Part shown: positions 22,187 through 34,839 of the stretch, piece by piece | Numbering within the stretch: position 1 is the first letter of the stretch | Layout: every line of letters begins with the position of its first letter | Assembly: GCF_006345805.1 (NCBI RefSeq) | Contig: NC_042998.1 | Location: forward strand, 195,548,001 to 195,612,000 | Direction of reading: 5' to 3' | Source: Octopus sinensis | Lineage: Eukaryota | Length of the DNA stretch: 64,000 nt | Notes under the pieces: model-generated | What the model was told of the DNA's origin: nothing | The model's input: only the letters and a program-made list of their open reading frames with translations | Database searches by the model: none | Made by a program: the position numbers and the translations under genes

Positions 22187-22582
22187 TAAGGCGGCGAGCT
22201 GGCAGAGACGTTAGTACGCCAGGCGAAATGCTTAGCGGTATTTCGTCTGCCGCTACGTTCTGAGTTCAAATTCCGCCGAGATCAACTTTGCCTTTCATCC
22301 TTTCGGGGTCGATTAAATAAGTACCAGTTACGCACTGGGGTCGATGTAATCGACTTAATCCGTTTGTCTATTCTTGTTTGTCCTCTCTGTGTTTAGCCCC
22401 TTGTGGGTAGTAAAGAAATAAGTATTTCGTCTGTCTTTACGTTCTGAGTTCAAATTCTGCCGAGGTCGACTTTGCCTTTCATTCTTTCGGGATCGATAAA
22501 TTAAGTACCAGTTGCTTACTGGGGTCGATCTAATCGACTGCCCCCTCCCCAAATCTCAGGCCTTGTGCCTAGAGTAGAAAAG
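22187..22582 (+). mobile_element. Dimeric SINE family B (tRNA-like head, Meta/MESC-like central domain) with 16-bp TSD
   Basis: TSD AATATACGACCGTATA at 22171-22186 and 22583-22598. The central GACTTTGCCTTTCATCCTTTCGGGGTCGAT...AAGTACC resembles the Meta domain as I recall it. Confidence 0.88.
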
Positions 22583-22639
22583 AATATACGACCGTATAGA
22601 TTTAAAAAATACGGAAGACTCTACATACAAAAAAATATG

Positions 22640-22852
22640 TACATACAGCAAATTAGAGAAAAATCCATGTAAACCACCGTTTTTTCTGGTTTGCATATTT
22701 ACGCGGGAACTCTGGACAAAATGTTTTAGTGTATGACCATCCTTGGGACATAAGTAATGTGTGTGTAAAGTTTGGTGAAAATCGGTTGAGAATTGTGGAA
22801 ATGCATGCGTTAGTCAATATACACACACATACTGTGATTTATATAGACTAGA
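22640..22852 (-). mobile_element. Probable Helitron 5' fragment
   Basis: The minus strand starts A|TCTAGTCTATATAA. Confidence 0.4.
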
Positions 22853-22853
22853 T

Positions 22854-23006
22854 TATACGGTCTTCTTTTCAGTTTCCGTTTATCAAATCCACTCACAAAC
22901 CTTAATCGGTCTTGGGCTATAGTAGAAGACACCTGCCCAAAGTGCCATGCAATGGAACTGAACCCGGAACGATGTGGTTGGAAAACAAGCTTCTTACCAC
23001 ACAGCT
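22854..23006 (-). mobile_element. SINE A, 5' half
   Basis: Reverse complement of the family A head and CORE-like block. Confidence 0.75.
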
Positions 23007-23286
23007 ATATATGATCAAAGTTTTTTTTTCCCAAAAGTAAGCGGTTTATCTGCTTTGTTATCTCTTGTGCCTCTAAATTAAAGACAAAAAATAATTAATT
23101 TTTCAGCATTTAATAAAACTGGGAAATGAATTCGGTCGATATTTTCTTCAATTAAGTTAGATTTAGTGTGAAATTCTTTAAATTATCAAGGGAGAGAACG
23201 AAATACAATTCACCACAGCATGACGTAGTGTGAAGTATGGTCCTCAGCTAGATGCATACATGGTGTTCTAGAACAGTAGAACTGTG

Positions 23287-23696
23287 GGCAATCTTACGGT
23301 TCTAGTATATTTTACGTCAACTGACCAAGTGTATTTGTTTATATATGATCGTCGATTTCCGTAAAAAACTTATTTATTTTTTTACATATGGGGTTGGGTG
23401 AAATGGGATCTTTGGGGTTAGGATTAGGGTCTAACTCTAACCCCAAACTCTAACCCCAAACCCTAACCCCAAACCCTAACTCTAACCCTAACCCTAACCC
23501 TTGCCCCAAACCTTAACCCTAACCGTAACCGTAACCGTAACCCTAACCCTAACCCCAAAGATCCCATTTCCCCCCCAACCCCATATGTAAAAAAATAAAT
23601 GTAAAAAAATAAAAATTTTTACGGAAATCGACGATCATATATAAACAAATACACTTGGTCAATTGACGTAAAATATACTAGAACCGTAAGATTGCC
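23287..23696. mobile_element. MITE with ~150-bp TIRs, 8-bp TSD and an internal telomeric (CCCTAA)n-like array; Merlin-like termini
   Basis: Termini GGCAATCTTACGGTTCTAG...CTAGAACCGTAAGATTGCC. TSD GAACTGTG at 23279-23286 and 23697-23704. Confidence 0.9.
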
Positions 23697-23882
23697 GAAC
23701 TGTGGGTCATATTTATCCGTTCAAATGACCACTTGTGTGTTATATGTTCGTTAACTAAGGACTAACCTGAGACTACATGATGTAGAAGATTTTTCAGAAT
23801 TGAACAGAGAAATGTCAAACCTATTAAAATAGATGCAAGAAGAAGTTTAAGATTGAGATGACATTGATAAATTTTGGAAATA

Positions 23883-24290
23883 GGCGCAGGAGTGGCTGTG
23901 TGGTAAGTAGCTTGCTAACCAACCACATGGTTCCGGGTTCAGTCCCACTGCGTGGCATCTTGGGCAAGTGTCTTCTGCTATAGCCCCGGGCCGACCAAAG
24001 CCTTGTGAGTGGATTTGGTAGACGGAAACTGAAAAGAAGCCCGTCGTATATATGTATACATATCTATGTATGTGTGTGTTTGTGTGTCTGTGTTTGTACC
24101 CCTAGCATTGCTTGGTGTGTTTATGTCCCCGTTACATAGCGGTTCGGCAAAAGAGACCGATAGAATAAGTACTGGGCTTACAAAAAGAATAAGTCCCGGG
24201 GTCGAGTTGCTCGGTTAAAGGCGGTGCTCCAGCATGGCCGCAGTCAAATGACTGAAACAAGTAAAAGAGTAAAGAGTAAAGAGTAAAGAA
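23883..24290 (+). mobile_element. SINE family A, full length
   Basis: Complete head to tail; low divergence from sister copies. Confidence 0.92.
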
Positions 24291-24374
24291 AAAAGAAAAT
24301 TAAAATATTTAAAACAAGAACACAGTATAGTTAGAACACTGATAGATAGAACCCAGTAAAGCGTTAAGAAAACA

Positions 24375-24487
<113 letters not shown>

Positions 24488-24667
24488 CCGTAGTTTGTAC
24501 GAGTACACATATGATCTTTCACATACACAGAACAAGTTTGCCTACCTAACGAACGAATTTCATGCTGAACACATTTGAAAAGGAATATTTCACCTGTTTA
24601 AGGCGGCGAGCTGGCAGAAACGTAAGAAAGCTGGGCGAAATGCCTAGCGGTATTTCTTCTGTCTGTT

Positions 24668-27520
24668 ATTGAAAATTCATTGTTGGAGTGTGTTCGTAAA
24701 GTAAGTTTCTGTTAATTGTTATATCTCTTGTTGTGCCTATTGGCGGACTTATTGTTTAAACATTGTATTATAGTTTTCTTTCGAAAGCTATCTGTGGGTT
24801 TCCCCCTGCCGGCAAGATGCCGAAAAGTGTGTCTTCGACGGGTGAAGATACATCGACCGAGCGGGAAGCAAGGAAGATAGAAAGTTTAATTTGTGATAAC
24901 ATTTCTGATGTTTCGGAAAGTGAATTCCCTGCATTACCAAAAATTAGGGATACCAAAAGAAATATAGAAGCAAAGACCATTTAAAATGAAGAAAGAAAAG
25001 GTTTTGCGTCAACAGCTGGTAGTGAAACGCGACAGTTGTCAACTGACAAAACAAATTATTAAAATACAAGGAAATGATAACAGAACGAGATGGAGTGGTT
25101 AAAGTGGAAATACCAGAAGAACAATTAACGGAGGAAAATTATTATTTTTAAGACATTCTGCTTAAAAGCTCGAAAAATTGATATGTGAGCAAAAAATTGA
25201 AAAATGCTTAAAACCCATCTGGCAGGACATTACATATCTAGCCAGAGGGAAGAACTTTGGAACCATCATGGTGAGGCTCAAGAACGCAGAAGCGGCACAA
25301 CACTCTGTAAAATCATTAGATTCGGAAGACACAATATTAATCCCAATTTACACGGGAATGAGAACATCTAAGGTTAGAATACCAAGAATTCCACCCGGAG
25401 TAAACCCTATGTGCTTCATGGCGGCCGTCCTGACAAACAGGGAGGATAATACGTTTCTCCAAGTCAGCCGGGTGGTGCGGGCGGGGTGCTGGTCCTACTA
25501 AAAAGAAACTGGGTAACCGAGAAAAGGTTGTTTTTTCTGATCTAGAAAGCAGGCTGGTCTTTCTCGACCTGACTTTCAGTTGTGGCAAGATAATCAGGCT
25601 GGTTTTAATTTATGCACCCAAAGTTATGGGCCCGCAAAGTGAATATTTTCGTGACCTGGGCAAGTCCCTGGCCACGTCGCATTCGATAGCATTGATAGGA
25701 GACTTTAACAGAATTTGTGACGCGCACACAGATTGTGTTGGCTCGAACATGAATAGAAAATGTAACCCTGGCTTTCGGGGTATGCTAAATCACTTTCAAC
25801 TGGCAGATCCATATAGGTTGGAACATCCGAACACTCCACAGTGGACGTGGTCAAATAGTGACGGGTCATCCAGAACATATATAGATAGGGTTTTAATTAG
25901 AAAAACAGATAAGTGCATAGCTAAGTGTCCACAGTTTCATCTAGTCAGCTACAGTGATCACAAGATGATTACCTGTAAGCTGACAGTAGATAAGTTACTT
26001 AGACAGAGATCTGGCTACTGGAAACTCAATACGTCCCTTTTGGCGATTGAAGAGTACAGAAAGCAGATCAAGAAGTTAATTCAGAGGGCATTGACAGGTA
26101 CTATCATGAATAATAAATGGTGGTACGCCCTAAAGAGAGCCATAAAATATGAGTCTATTAGGTTTAGCATAAGTTTAGCTAAGAAGGGACGGAGAATAAG
26201 AGATGGTATAGTTAAGGAACTAGAAGAAGCCTTGAGGTCTGGTAATGCGGACCAAGGGAAGGTAAAGAGACTGGAGTTGAACCAGAATCTTGAAACCCAG
26301 CACATGGGAAGTATTATCAGAGCTAAGTTACGTGCGATGGGAAGTGAAGGAATCAAGGCCACTAGATGGGCCCGAGTGGTGGAAGCTCGACAAGGAAATA
26401 GTTCCACTATTCGGTCTATGACGAACGAAAACGGTGTCTTGGTAAACGAACCCGAGGAAATGTATGAGGTATTTCGGGAGTACTTCGCCCAGCTGTTTGG
26501 GGGGTGATGGCGGTCCTGATGGTAGGGAAGTCCTCGAGGACTTTCTTGCCGGGCTACCACGCTTCATGGGGTCGGATGCGGAGGCTTGCGAGGGGCCGAT
26601 CACGCCTGGGGAGATGACGGAGGCTATGGCTGACTGTAAAGCGGGTAAGTCGCCGGGACACGATGGCCTTCCTTACGAGCTATATAAATGTATGCGAGAC
26701 TTGTTCAGGCACCTACAGGCTAGCGTATACGCGAACTGGCAACAGAATGGGCTTATCCCCAGATATGTGCGCAGGGGAGTAGTGACGTTGATCAGAAAGG
26801 ACCCGGACAAGGGGGACGTTTTAGATAATTTCAGGCCCATCATTCTGTTAAACACAGGAGTGAAGATTTTGGCCAAGGTTTTAGAAAAAAGGTTGGCGTG
26901 TGTCGCGAATGGTATTGTCGGGGAGGCACAGACATGTGCCATCCTAGGCAGAACCATTCAGGATAATCTCCATCTTATTCGTTATAACATAGAGAGGGTT
27001 GGTGACTGGCAAAGGTGGGGCATTAGTACATTTAGACCAATCTAAAGCTTTTCATAGGACCGACCATCAATACCTGGCAACTGTGATTGCGCGGTTTGGC
27101 CTGGGCCTTGGCTTCCTCAGGTGGTTCATCGCTCTGTATCACAACATTGACTCGATAGTTCGGGTGAACGGTTTCCTTTCGAAACCGTTCTGTATCAGAC
27201 GCTCGGTTCGTCAAGGATGTCCGCTTGCACCACTTTTGTATGTGGTGGTTCTTGAGCCCCTACTGAGAAAGTTGAGTGACATCCCGAGAGAACCAGGTTT
27301 AGAGGAGTTTGTTTCAGCTAACGCGGACGATATCACTATCAGCGTTACAACAGTAGCACGCCTACGTGAAGTGGGTAAGGCTATTGAGGTTTACGAGCAA
27401 ATATCAACCGGGAAAAGTCGGTCGGCAAGCAACTCGGAACCTGGGTTGGCAAGTCGATGCCGTCAGACAGCTTTGTTGGGTGCTGGACGGAGGGACCGGT
27501 TAAATTGCTGGGAGTCTACC
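24668..27520 (+). mobile_element. L1/Tx1-clade LINE: 5' UTR, ORF1 remnant, APE and RT; frameshifted and 3'-truncated
   Basis: ORF1 ATG at about 24817. APE motifs ALIGDFN, WTWSN...YIDRVLI, SDHKM and GYWKLNTSLL. RT motifs KSPGHDGLPYELY, NFRPIILLNTGVKILAKVL, LDQSKAF, RQGCPLAPLLY and NADD (YADD variant). Confidence 0.92.
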
Positions 27521-27899
27521 AACATACTACAATTGGTACTAACTGATAAACGAAAGAGCTGCTTCTACGAGGCTCTCTTGTGAACCGCCTCGATAAAAAA
27601 TAACAGTGATATCATTATCATGGTTAATGACTTCTATAGACATGTTGGGCAGCAATTCGATGGCTAGTCTAGTGTACATGGTGTTGTGAGATACGGTTCA
27701 AGACATGAAGGAGGATCAAGGCATCGGGAAACGGACCAGCTATTTGATACCTTCCATTTAGGCGAACATACAAACCAGATAGACTAATGGGTTTTTTCTT
27801 GTGCAGAATATATGTCACCCAACATAGACAACTAATTAGAAACTTCAGAATAAGATTTAGACCAAGAGACAAAAAAACAATCTGAAGGCAGGAAACAAC

Positions 27900-28302
27900 A
27901 CAGGAGTGACTGTGTGGTAAGCAGCGTGCTTACCAACCACATGGTTCCGGGTTCAGTCCGACTGCGTGGCATCTTGGGCAAGTGTCTTCTACTATAGCCT
28001 CGGGCCGACCAATGCCTTGTGAGTGGATTTAATAGACGGAAACTTAAAGAAGCCCATCGTATATATGTATATATATATATGTATGTGTATGTGTATGTTT
28101 GTGTGTCTGTGTTTGTGTCCCCAACATCGCTTGACAACCGATGCTGGTGTATTTACGTCTCCGTAACATAGCGGTTCGACAAAAGAAACCGATCGAATAA
28201 GTACTAGGCTTACACAGAATAAGTACTGGGGTCGATTTGCTCGACTAAATGCGGTGCTCCAGCATGGTCGCAGTCAAATGACTGAAACAAATAAAAGAAT
28301 AA
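27900..28302 (+). mobile_element. SINE family A
   Basis: Full-length match. Confidence 0.88.
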
Positions 28303-29062
28303 ACTGGCATTTTCCACAAGTTAACCCACTGAAAGCTAAAGGCTAGAGCCTTGGCTGGAGCAAGGCTTCATTTTGACGAAGAGTAATATAGAGGTGGAAT
28401 ATAACCGTAGACAATACCATAAAAGCTAAAAGACAGCTTGGAAAGAATGGAAGAAAAAGGGCAGCAAATACCAGTGGTGTGTGGATGGAAGAGAAGCTGG
28501 ACAAGAGTTCATGGCACGGAGGGAAGCCGAAAGAAGGAATTTTCTTTATGTTCGGTGTTGGAGGGATATGAGGTGACAGGTGCTCTGGATTGCATGGTAG
28601 TGTCAGAGTGAACCAAGATACTGGGGACCAGTGTATTCGGGACGACGGTGGCGCACTGTCTTTCAATGAGACTGGGTAGAAATAGGTTTGGAAATGGTAC
28701 CCCGAGAAATTGTTGGATGTGGAAAATTTGTTAGAGATGGATGATCTTACCCGAAGTACCGTACCCAGAACTGAAATATAGTCAAAATGGTCATTAAGGA
28801 CACGAAGTTGAGGAAAGTAACTAGTCCTTTTGATTTAGTCGCAATGTTGAAAAGTAGGGCTCAAGTTAGTCACCTGCACAGTCAATCAAGCAATAGAGCA
28901 CCAGTCAAATGTATTTCTTGCAATGCTCAGAAGACCCTACTGAAATGGTTGATGGCTTCTGTTATTTAAGCTACTTAACAAGCAGTGAAAGGGTTGTTCT
29001 GAAAGCATAAAAGCCAGCATAAAAATAGAGTGGAGACACTTCAGAGAGCTTATTACATCTAC

Positions 29063-29291
29063 TGGAGCTGGCAGAAACGTTAGCGCACCGGGCGAAATGC
29101 TTAGCGGTATTTCGTCTGTCGTTACGTTCTGAGTTCAAATTCCGCCGAGGTCAACTTTACCTTCCATCCTTTTTGGGTGGATAAATAAAGTACCAGTTTC
29201 GCACTGGGGTCGATCTAATCGACTTAATTCCGTTTGTCTGTCCTTGTTTGTCCCCTCTATGTTTAGCCCCTTGTGGGCAATAAAGAAATAT
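29063..29291 (+). mobile_element. SINE family B
   Basis: Head GAGCTGGCAGAAACGTTAG through tail CCCCTTGTGGGCAATAAAGAAATA. Confidence 0.88.
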
Positions 29292-29553
29292 ATTAGTGAC
29301 AAATAAAGAGATTCCCCCCTTCTCTCTCTCTTTCTCTCCCTCCTCCCCCTCTCTCTCTCCGAGCAAGGGTGGATTGTACGATGTTTGCGTACGAAACGCG
29401 ATACTGCATGGTAGTGAGACGTGGGCAGAGAATACAGAAGATTTGCGAAGATTGGAAAGAAACGGAGCGAACATGAATATTGAATTAGCAACGTTAATGT
29501 GCATGAACGCCGAGTTATAGACGAGTTGACAGAAAAGCTGGCTATAAAATGAA

Positions 29554-29947
29554 CTAGCAGTATCGCCCGGCGTTGCTCGGGTTTGTTTCGACCCTTTAAA
29601 ATTGGAATTTTTGAAAAGTAAAAATTTTGCATTATGTAGCTTGTTATTCTCTTTAAGTGAACATTCTTCTGGTTCAAATACACCGAAAAATGGCGACACA
29701 GCAGTCAAAAAATCGTAAAAAAAAATAGGGATTTTCATAGAAAAAAAGCACCTTTTTGAAGTAAATAATTTTTGGCGTTAACATGGTCCGATTTGAATTT
29801 TTCTTCTACAGAAGGAAGAGCAAGCCTTCTTCTATCATACTCTCAATTTTGGTCAACTTGCGCCGCAGTGTCTCGGAGGATATAGTGTTAGTTGAAGGCT
29901 ACCAAACCTGCCACACACAGACAACTTCAGCTTTATATATAGAGAGA
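29554..29947 (-). mobile_element. Non-autonomous Helitron, third family, inserted in an RTE remnant
   Basis: CTAG end with hairpin at 29554 and TCTCTCTATATATAAAG start at 29947. Plus-strand copy at 38070-38468. Confidence 0.85.
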
Positions 29948-30329
29948 TTAGTTGTCGTGCACAAGACAGATAGCTAAGCTGGTACGGACACGTAATGCGT
30001 ATGGTTGATGTCGGGTGAATGTAGCAATGCCAGGAAATTCATGCATAGCCAATCAGCAGAAGAGGAAGACCATGGAAGACCATGGCAGAAGGGATGAAGA
30101 CCGATTTTCGAATGCCGAACCTTACAAAGAAGATGACTAAGGAACGCAACAAATGGCGGATGGCGTATTGGAAAAGAGCCCTTCTAGCTCACGCAAGACT
30201 GGAACTGGATGTAAAAGTGATAAATCGTTATTATTTAAGACTATTATTCTAAAGCAATTCTAAGAACAATAACAGAGCATTTACAGATGGCAAAACTCAG
30301 TGCAAAGTGGCCAGGCAAAAAAATAATAT

Positions 30330-31120
30330 ATATATATTTCTTTACTCCCCACAAGGGGCTAAACACAGAGAGGACAAACAAGGACAGACATACGGATGAA
30401 GTCGATTACATCGACCCCAGTGCGTAACTGGCACTTATTTAATCGACCCCCGAAAGAATGAAAGGCAAAGTCGACCTCGGCGGAATTTGAACTTGGAACG
30501 TAACGGCAGGCGAAATACGGCTATGCATTTCGCCCGACGTGCTAACGCTTCTGCCAGCTCGCCGCCTTCCAAGCCAAAAAATAATATATATATCCCAGTC
30601 AAAACGAACTTTATAACACACACATAGACATACATACACACACACAGATATATAGTTTCTTCATTGCCCACAAGGGGCTAAACATAGAGGGGACAAACAA
30701 GGACAGACAAATGGATTAAGGCGATTATATCGACCCCAGTGCGGAACTGGTACTTTATTTATCGACCTCGAAAGAATGAAAGGCAAAGTCGACCTCGGCG
30801 GAATTTGAACTCAGAACGTAAAGACAGACGAAATACGGCTACGCATTTCGCCCGGCGTGCTAACGTATCAGCCAGCACGCTGCTTTCAAAGTAAAAAAAA
30901 AAATATAATATATATAACCCAGTCAAAACGAACTTTATAACACACACAGATATATGATGATGTAAATACAAAGAATAGGGAAAAAATAGAGGGCACAGTA
31001 AGGACAAGGGTTAACAAATAAGTTATTAGCTTAACGTTTTAATAGAAATATATACATACACACATGTGTGGATATCTATTCCAACCACCCCACTCCGCTC
31101 CCCCCCTCTCTCTCTTCCTT

Positions 31121-31154
<34 letters not shown>

Positions 31155-31800
31155 CTTCTATCATTTTCGATCTCAACGCTTTAATGATTTCGCTCATTTA
31201 CCACCCCACTCTCTACGCATATACATATATATATTTCTTTACTACCCACAAGGGGCTAAACACAGAGGGGACAAACAAGGACAGACAAAGGGATTAAGTC
31301 GATTACATCGACCCCAATGCGTAACTGGTACTTATTTAATCGACCCCGAAAGGATGAAAGGCAAAGTCGACCTCGGCGGAATTTGAACCCAGAACGTATC
31401 GGCAGACGAAATACCTATTTCTTTACTACCCACAAGGGGCTTAACACAGAGAGGACAAACAAGGACAGACAAACGGATTAAGTCGATTACATCGACCCCA
31501 GTACCAGTTACGCATTGGGGGTCGACATAATCGACTTAATCCGTTTGTCTGTCCTTGTTTGTCTCCTCTGTGTTTAGCCCCTTGTGGGCAATAAAGAAAT
31601 AAGAAACGTTAGCACGCCGGGCGAAATACTTAACTGTATTTTGTCTGTCTTTACGTACTGAGTTCAAATTCAGCTGAGGTCCATTTTGCCTCTCATCCTT
31701 TCGGGGTCTATAAATTAAGTGCCAGTTGCATCCTGGAGTCGATCTAATCTACTGGACCCCCTCCCCCAAAATTTCGGGCCTTATGCCTAGAGTAGAAAAG
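30330..31800. mobile_element. Cluster of SINE B copies (minus 30330-30570, 30655-30890, 31230-31500; plus 31500-31800)
   Basis: Repeated matches to the family B consensus. Confidence 0.88.
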
Positions 31801-31932
31801 ACTCTGATTATCGTCACTATTTGTCGGACCGCTAATTTACGAGACTTGAAAAGACAACCAAGAATAGCGGTTTTAGACTGTGAAATTAAACACAGATGCC
31901 CCGCACATATGCAAACACCACACGTGTGCACG

Positions 31933-31979
<47 letters not shown>

Positions 31980-32319
31980 ACACACACACACACACATCTA
32001 CTGTGGAATCATGCACGGCTTCTGTCCACTAAATTTCTCTCATGAAGAAGATCCCACCCGAGTTTAAAGTAGAAGTCAGTTGCCTAAAGTGCCGGACAGT
32101 GGGATGGAACTCTGAATCATGTGGTCTGTATGAATGCGTGCGTGTGCGTGCGTGTATGTGTGTGTGTGTGTGTGTGTGTACATTAGAACAAATAGAACTG
32201 TACTTACAGGTGAAAAGTGAGTCTTGATCAACGTCAAATAATACGTGGAACACCTACCCTAATTAAATATATCATCAATTCTTTTTCTATTGTCTCTAAT
32301 CAGATATGTTCCATTACTA

Positions 32320-32870
32320 CTACCACTACAATAAATACCACACGCACCACCACCGCCACCACCACCACCACCACCACCACCACCTCATCACCACCACCAC
32401 CTCATCACCACCACCTCACCACCTCCACCACCACCACCACCTCATCACCACCACCTCACCACCTCCACCACCACCACCACCTCATCACCCCCCACCACCT
32501 CATCCCCACCACTACCACCTTATCACCACCACCACCACCACCACCACCATATCACCACCACCACCTCATCACCACCACCACCACCACCTCATCACCACCA
32601 CCACCACCTCATCACCACCACCACCTCATCACCACCACCTCCACCACCTCCACCACCACCACCACCTCATCACCACCCACCACCACCACCACCACCATAT
32701 CACCACCACCACCTCATCACCACCACCACCACCACCTTATCACCACCACCACCACCACCTTATCACCACCACCACCTCATCACCACCACCACCACCACCT
32801 CATCACCACCACCACCACCTTATCACCACCACCACCTCATCACCACCACCACCTCATCACCACCACCACC

Positions 32871-32910
<40 letters not shown>
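32320..32910. repeat. (CAC)n/(CAT)n/(TAC)n compound trinucleotide microsatellite
   Basis: Direct inspection. Confidence 0.95.
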
Positions 32911-32911
<1 letters not shown>

Positions 32912-33290
32912 CCGTGTTATCGCTACTACCTTATCCCATAGCCAAACTGCGTTCCCACAAGCCGGCCGATACCCGGTGTCGACAGCAGCAGGTGTCAACC
33001 AAATGCTATTAATTCTTCAAAATATCTTATCAGTTATTTTTTTGTTATTGTTCAACGTTATTTTTGTGTTTCTTTTTTGAATGAATTTTTTTTTTGTTGT
33101 TTATCTTTTCTTGTTCACCGTTGTCATTGCTGACCCCTAGATGAGCTCTGATGAAAGACCTACGGTTCAAAGCGTTCAAGCGGTGACCATTGCGATTTTA
33201 TTATTATTAAGATTAATGACGGCGAACTGGAAGAATCGTTAGCCAAGACGGTCTAATTGGCCAAGTCGTTAGGTCGTTGGATAGAATACC

Positions 33291-33529
33291 TATTTCTTTA
33301 CTACCCACAAGGGGCTAAACACAGAGGGGACAAACAAGGACAGACAAGCGGATTAAGTCGATCAACATCGACCCCAGTGCGTAACTGGTACTTAATCTAT
33401 CGACCCCGAAATGATGAAAGGCAAAGTCGACCTCGGCGGAATTTGAACTCAAAACGTAACGGCAGACGAATTACGGCTACGCATTTCGCCCGGCGTGCTA
33501 ACGTTTCTGCCAGCTCGCCGCCTTTTTAA
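33291..33529 (-). mobile_element. SINE B with 12-bp TSD, inside an older plus-strand SINE head
   Basis: TSD GGATAGAATACC at 33279-33290 and 33530-33541. Confidence 0.9.
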
Positions 33530-33840
33530 GGATAGAATACCGAGTGATGTTTGTTCCGACTCTCTGAGTTGAAATCCCGTATCTGAGTTCAAATTGACTT
33601 TTCTTCGTTTCTAGGCCGATAGATATGTGCCAACCAAGAAGATTAGCAGAGCTGTTAAAATGTTGGACTAGAATCCTTACGGTACTTATTCCAAATTAGC
33701 TTTTCTGAGTTCCTGTCATGACTAACTTGGGCAGTAGACTTAATTCGTCGCTCTGTTTTACATCATTACCCGGCACCTTGGGTGCCCCAAGTAGAATTCA
33801 CTTCTTTGCAAGCTTTCAGGCTAGTTCGGTTTGATATACC

Positions 33841-34040
33841 TATTTCTTTACTACCCACAAGGGGCTAAACACAGAGGGGACAAACAAGGACAGACAAACG
33901 GATTAAGTCGATTACATCGACCCCAGTGCGCAACTGGTACTTATTTAATCGACCCCGAAAGGATGAAAGGCAAAGTCGACCTCGGCGGAATTTGAACTCA
34001 GAACGTAGCGGCAGACGAAATAACTATTTCATTACTACCC
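33841..34040 (-). mobile_element. SINE B, truncated
   Basis: Family match; runs into a (CCTT)n tract. Confidence 0.85.
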
Positions 34041-34806
34041 TTTCCTTTCTTCCTTCTTTCCTTTCCTCTTTCGTTTCTCCCTTCCTTCTTTTCTTCCTTC
34101 CTTCCTTTCTTCCTTCCTTCCTTTCTTTCTTTATTTCTTTCCTTCCTTCCTTCCTTCTTTCATCCTTCCTTCATCCTTCTTCTCTTCGTTCCTTCGTTCC
34201 TTCTTTCCTTTCTACCCTCTTTCCTTTCCTATTTCCTTTCTTCCTTCCTTTCTTCTTTCCTTCCTTCCTTCCTTCCTTTCTTTCTTCTTTCCTTTCCTAT
34301 TTCCTTCCTTCCTTCTTTCATCCTTCCTTCATCCTTCTTCTCTTCGTTCCTTCGTTCCTTCTTTCCTTCGTTCCTTCTTTCCTTTCTTCCTTCTTTCCTT
34401 TCTACCTTCTTTCCTTTCCTATTTCCTTCCTTCCTTCCTTTCTTCCTTCCTTCCTGTCTTTTTTCTTTCTTTCCTTCTTTCGTTTGTTCTTTCTTTCTTT
34501 TACTTCCTCTGTTTTCCTTTTCTCTCTTTCTCTGATTCGATTATCTAAAGTATTATTTGATGAGGTTCGAGGAGTGTTGTTATCTAGAAACTGAAACAAA
34601 GACAGGGGGACAGGAGGAGAGGGGGGAGCGATGAAGAGAGGAGGAGAGAGGGAGAGAGAAGACAGAAGACAGAAGAAGAGAGGAAGAGAGAAGGAGAGAG
34701 AAAAAAGAGAGAGCGGGAGATAGAGAAGGGTGAGAGAGAGAGAGAGGGAGAGAGAGGGAGAGAGAAAAAAGAGAAGCAGGGAGATAGACAAAGGTGTGAG
34801 AAAGAC

Positions 34807-34839
<33 letters not shown>

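Larger units (their letters stand above)
27600..30200 (+). mobile_element. Scattered fragments of a heavily decayed RTE, interrupted by SINE A, SINE B and a Helitron
   Basis: APE-like NDFYRHVGQ...VHG at about 27620. LYDVCVRNAILHGSETWA at about 29370. LSWYGHVMRM...RGRPWKT at about 29975-30080. Confidence 0.6.

Noticed and set aside
23425-23560. Relic of a telomere-telomere chromosome fusion
   Set aside because: The head-to-head hexamers lie within TIRs and an 8-bp TSD, so they arrived by transposition.
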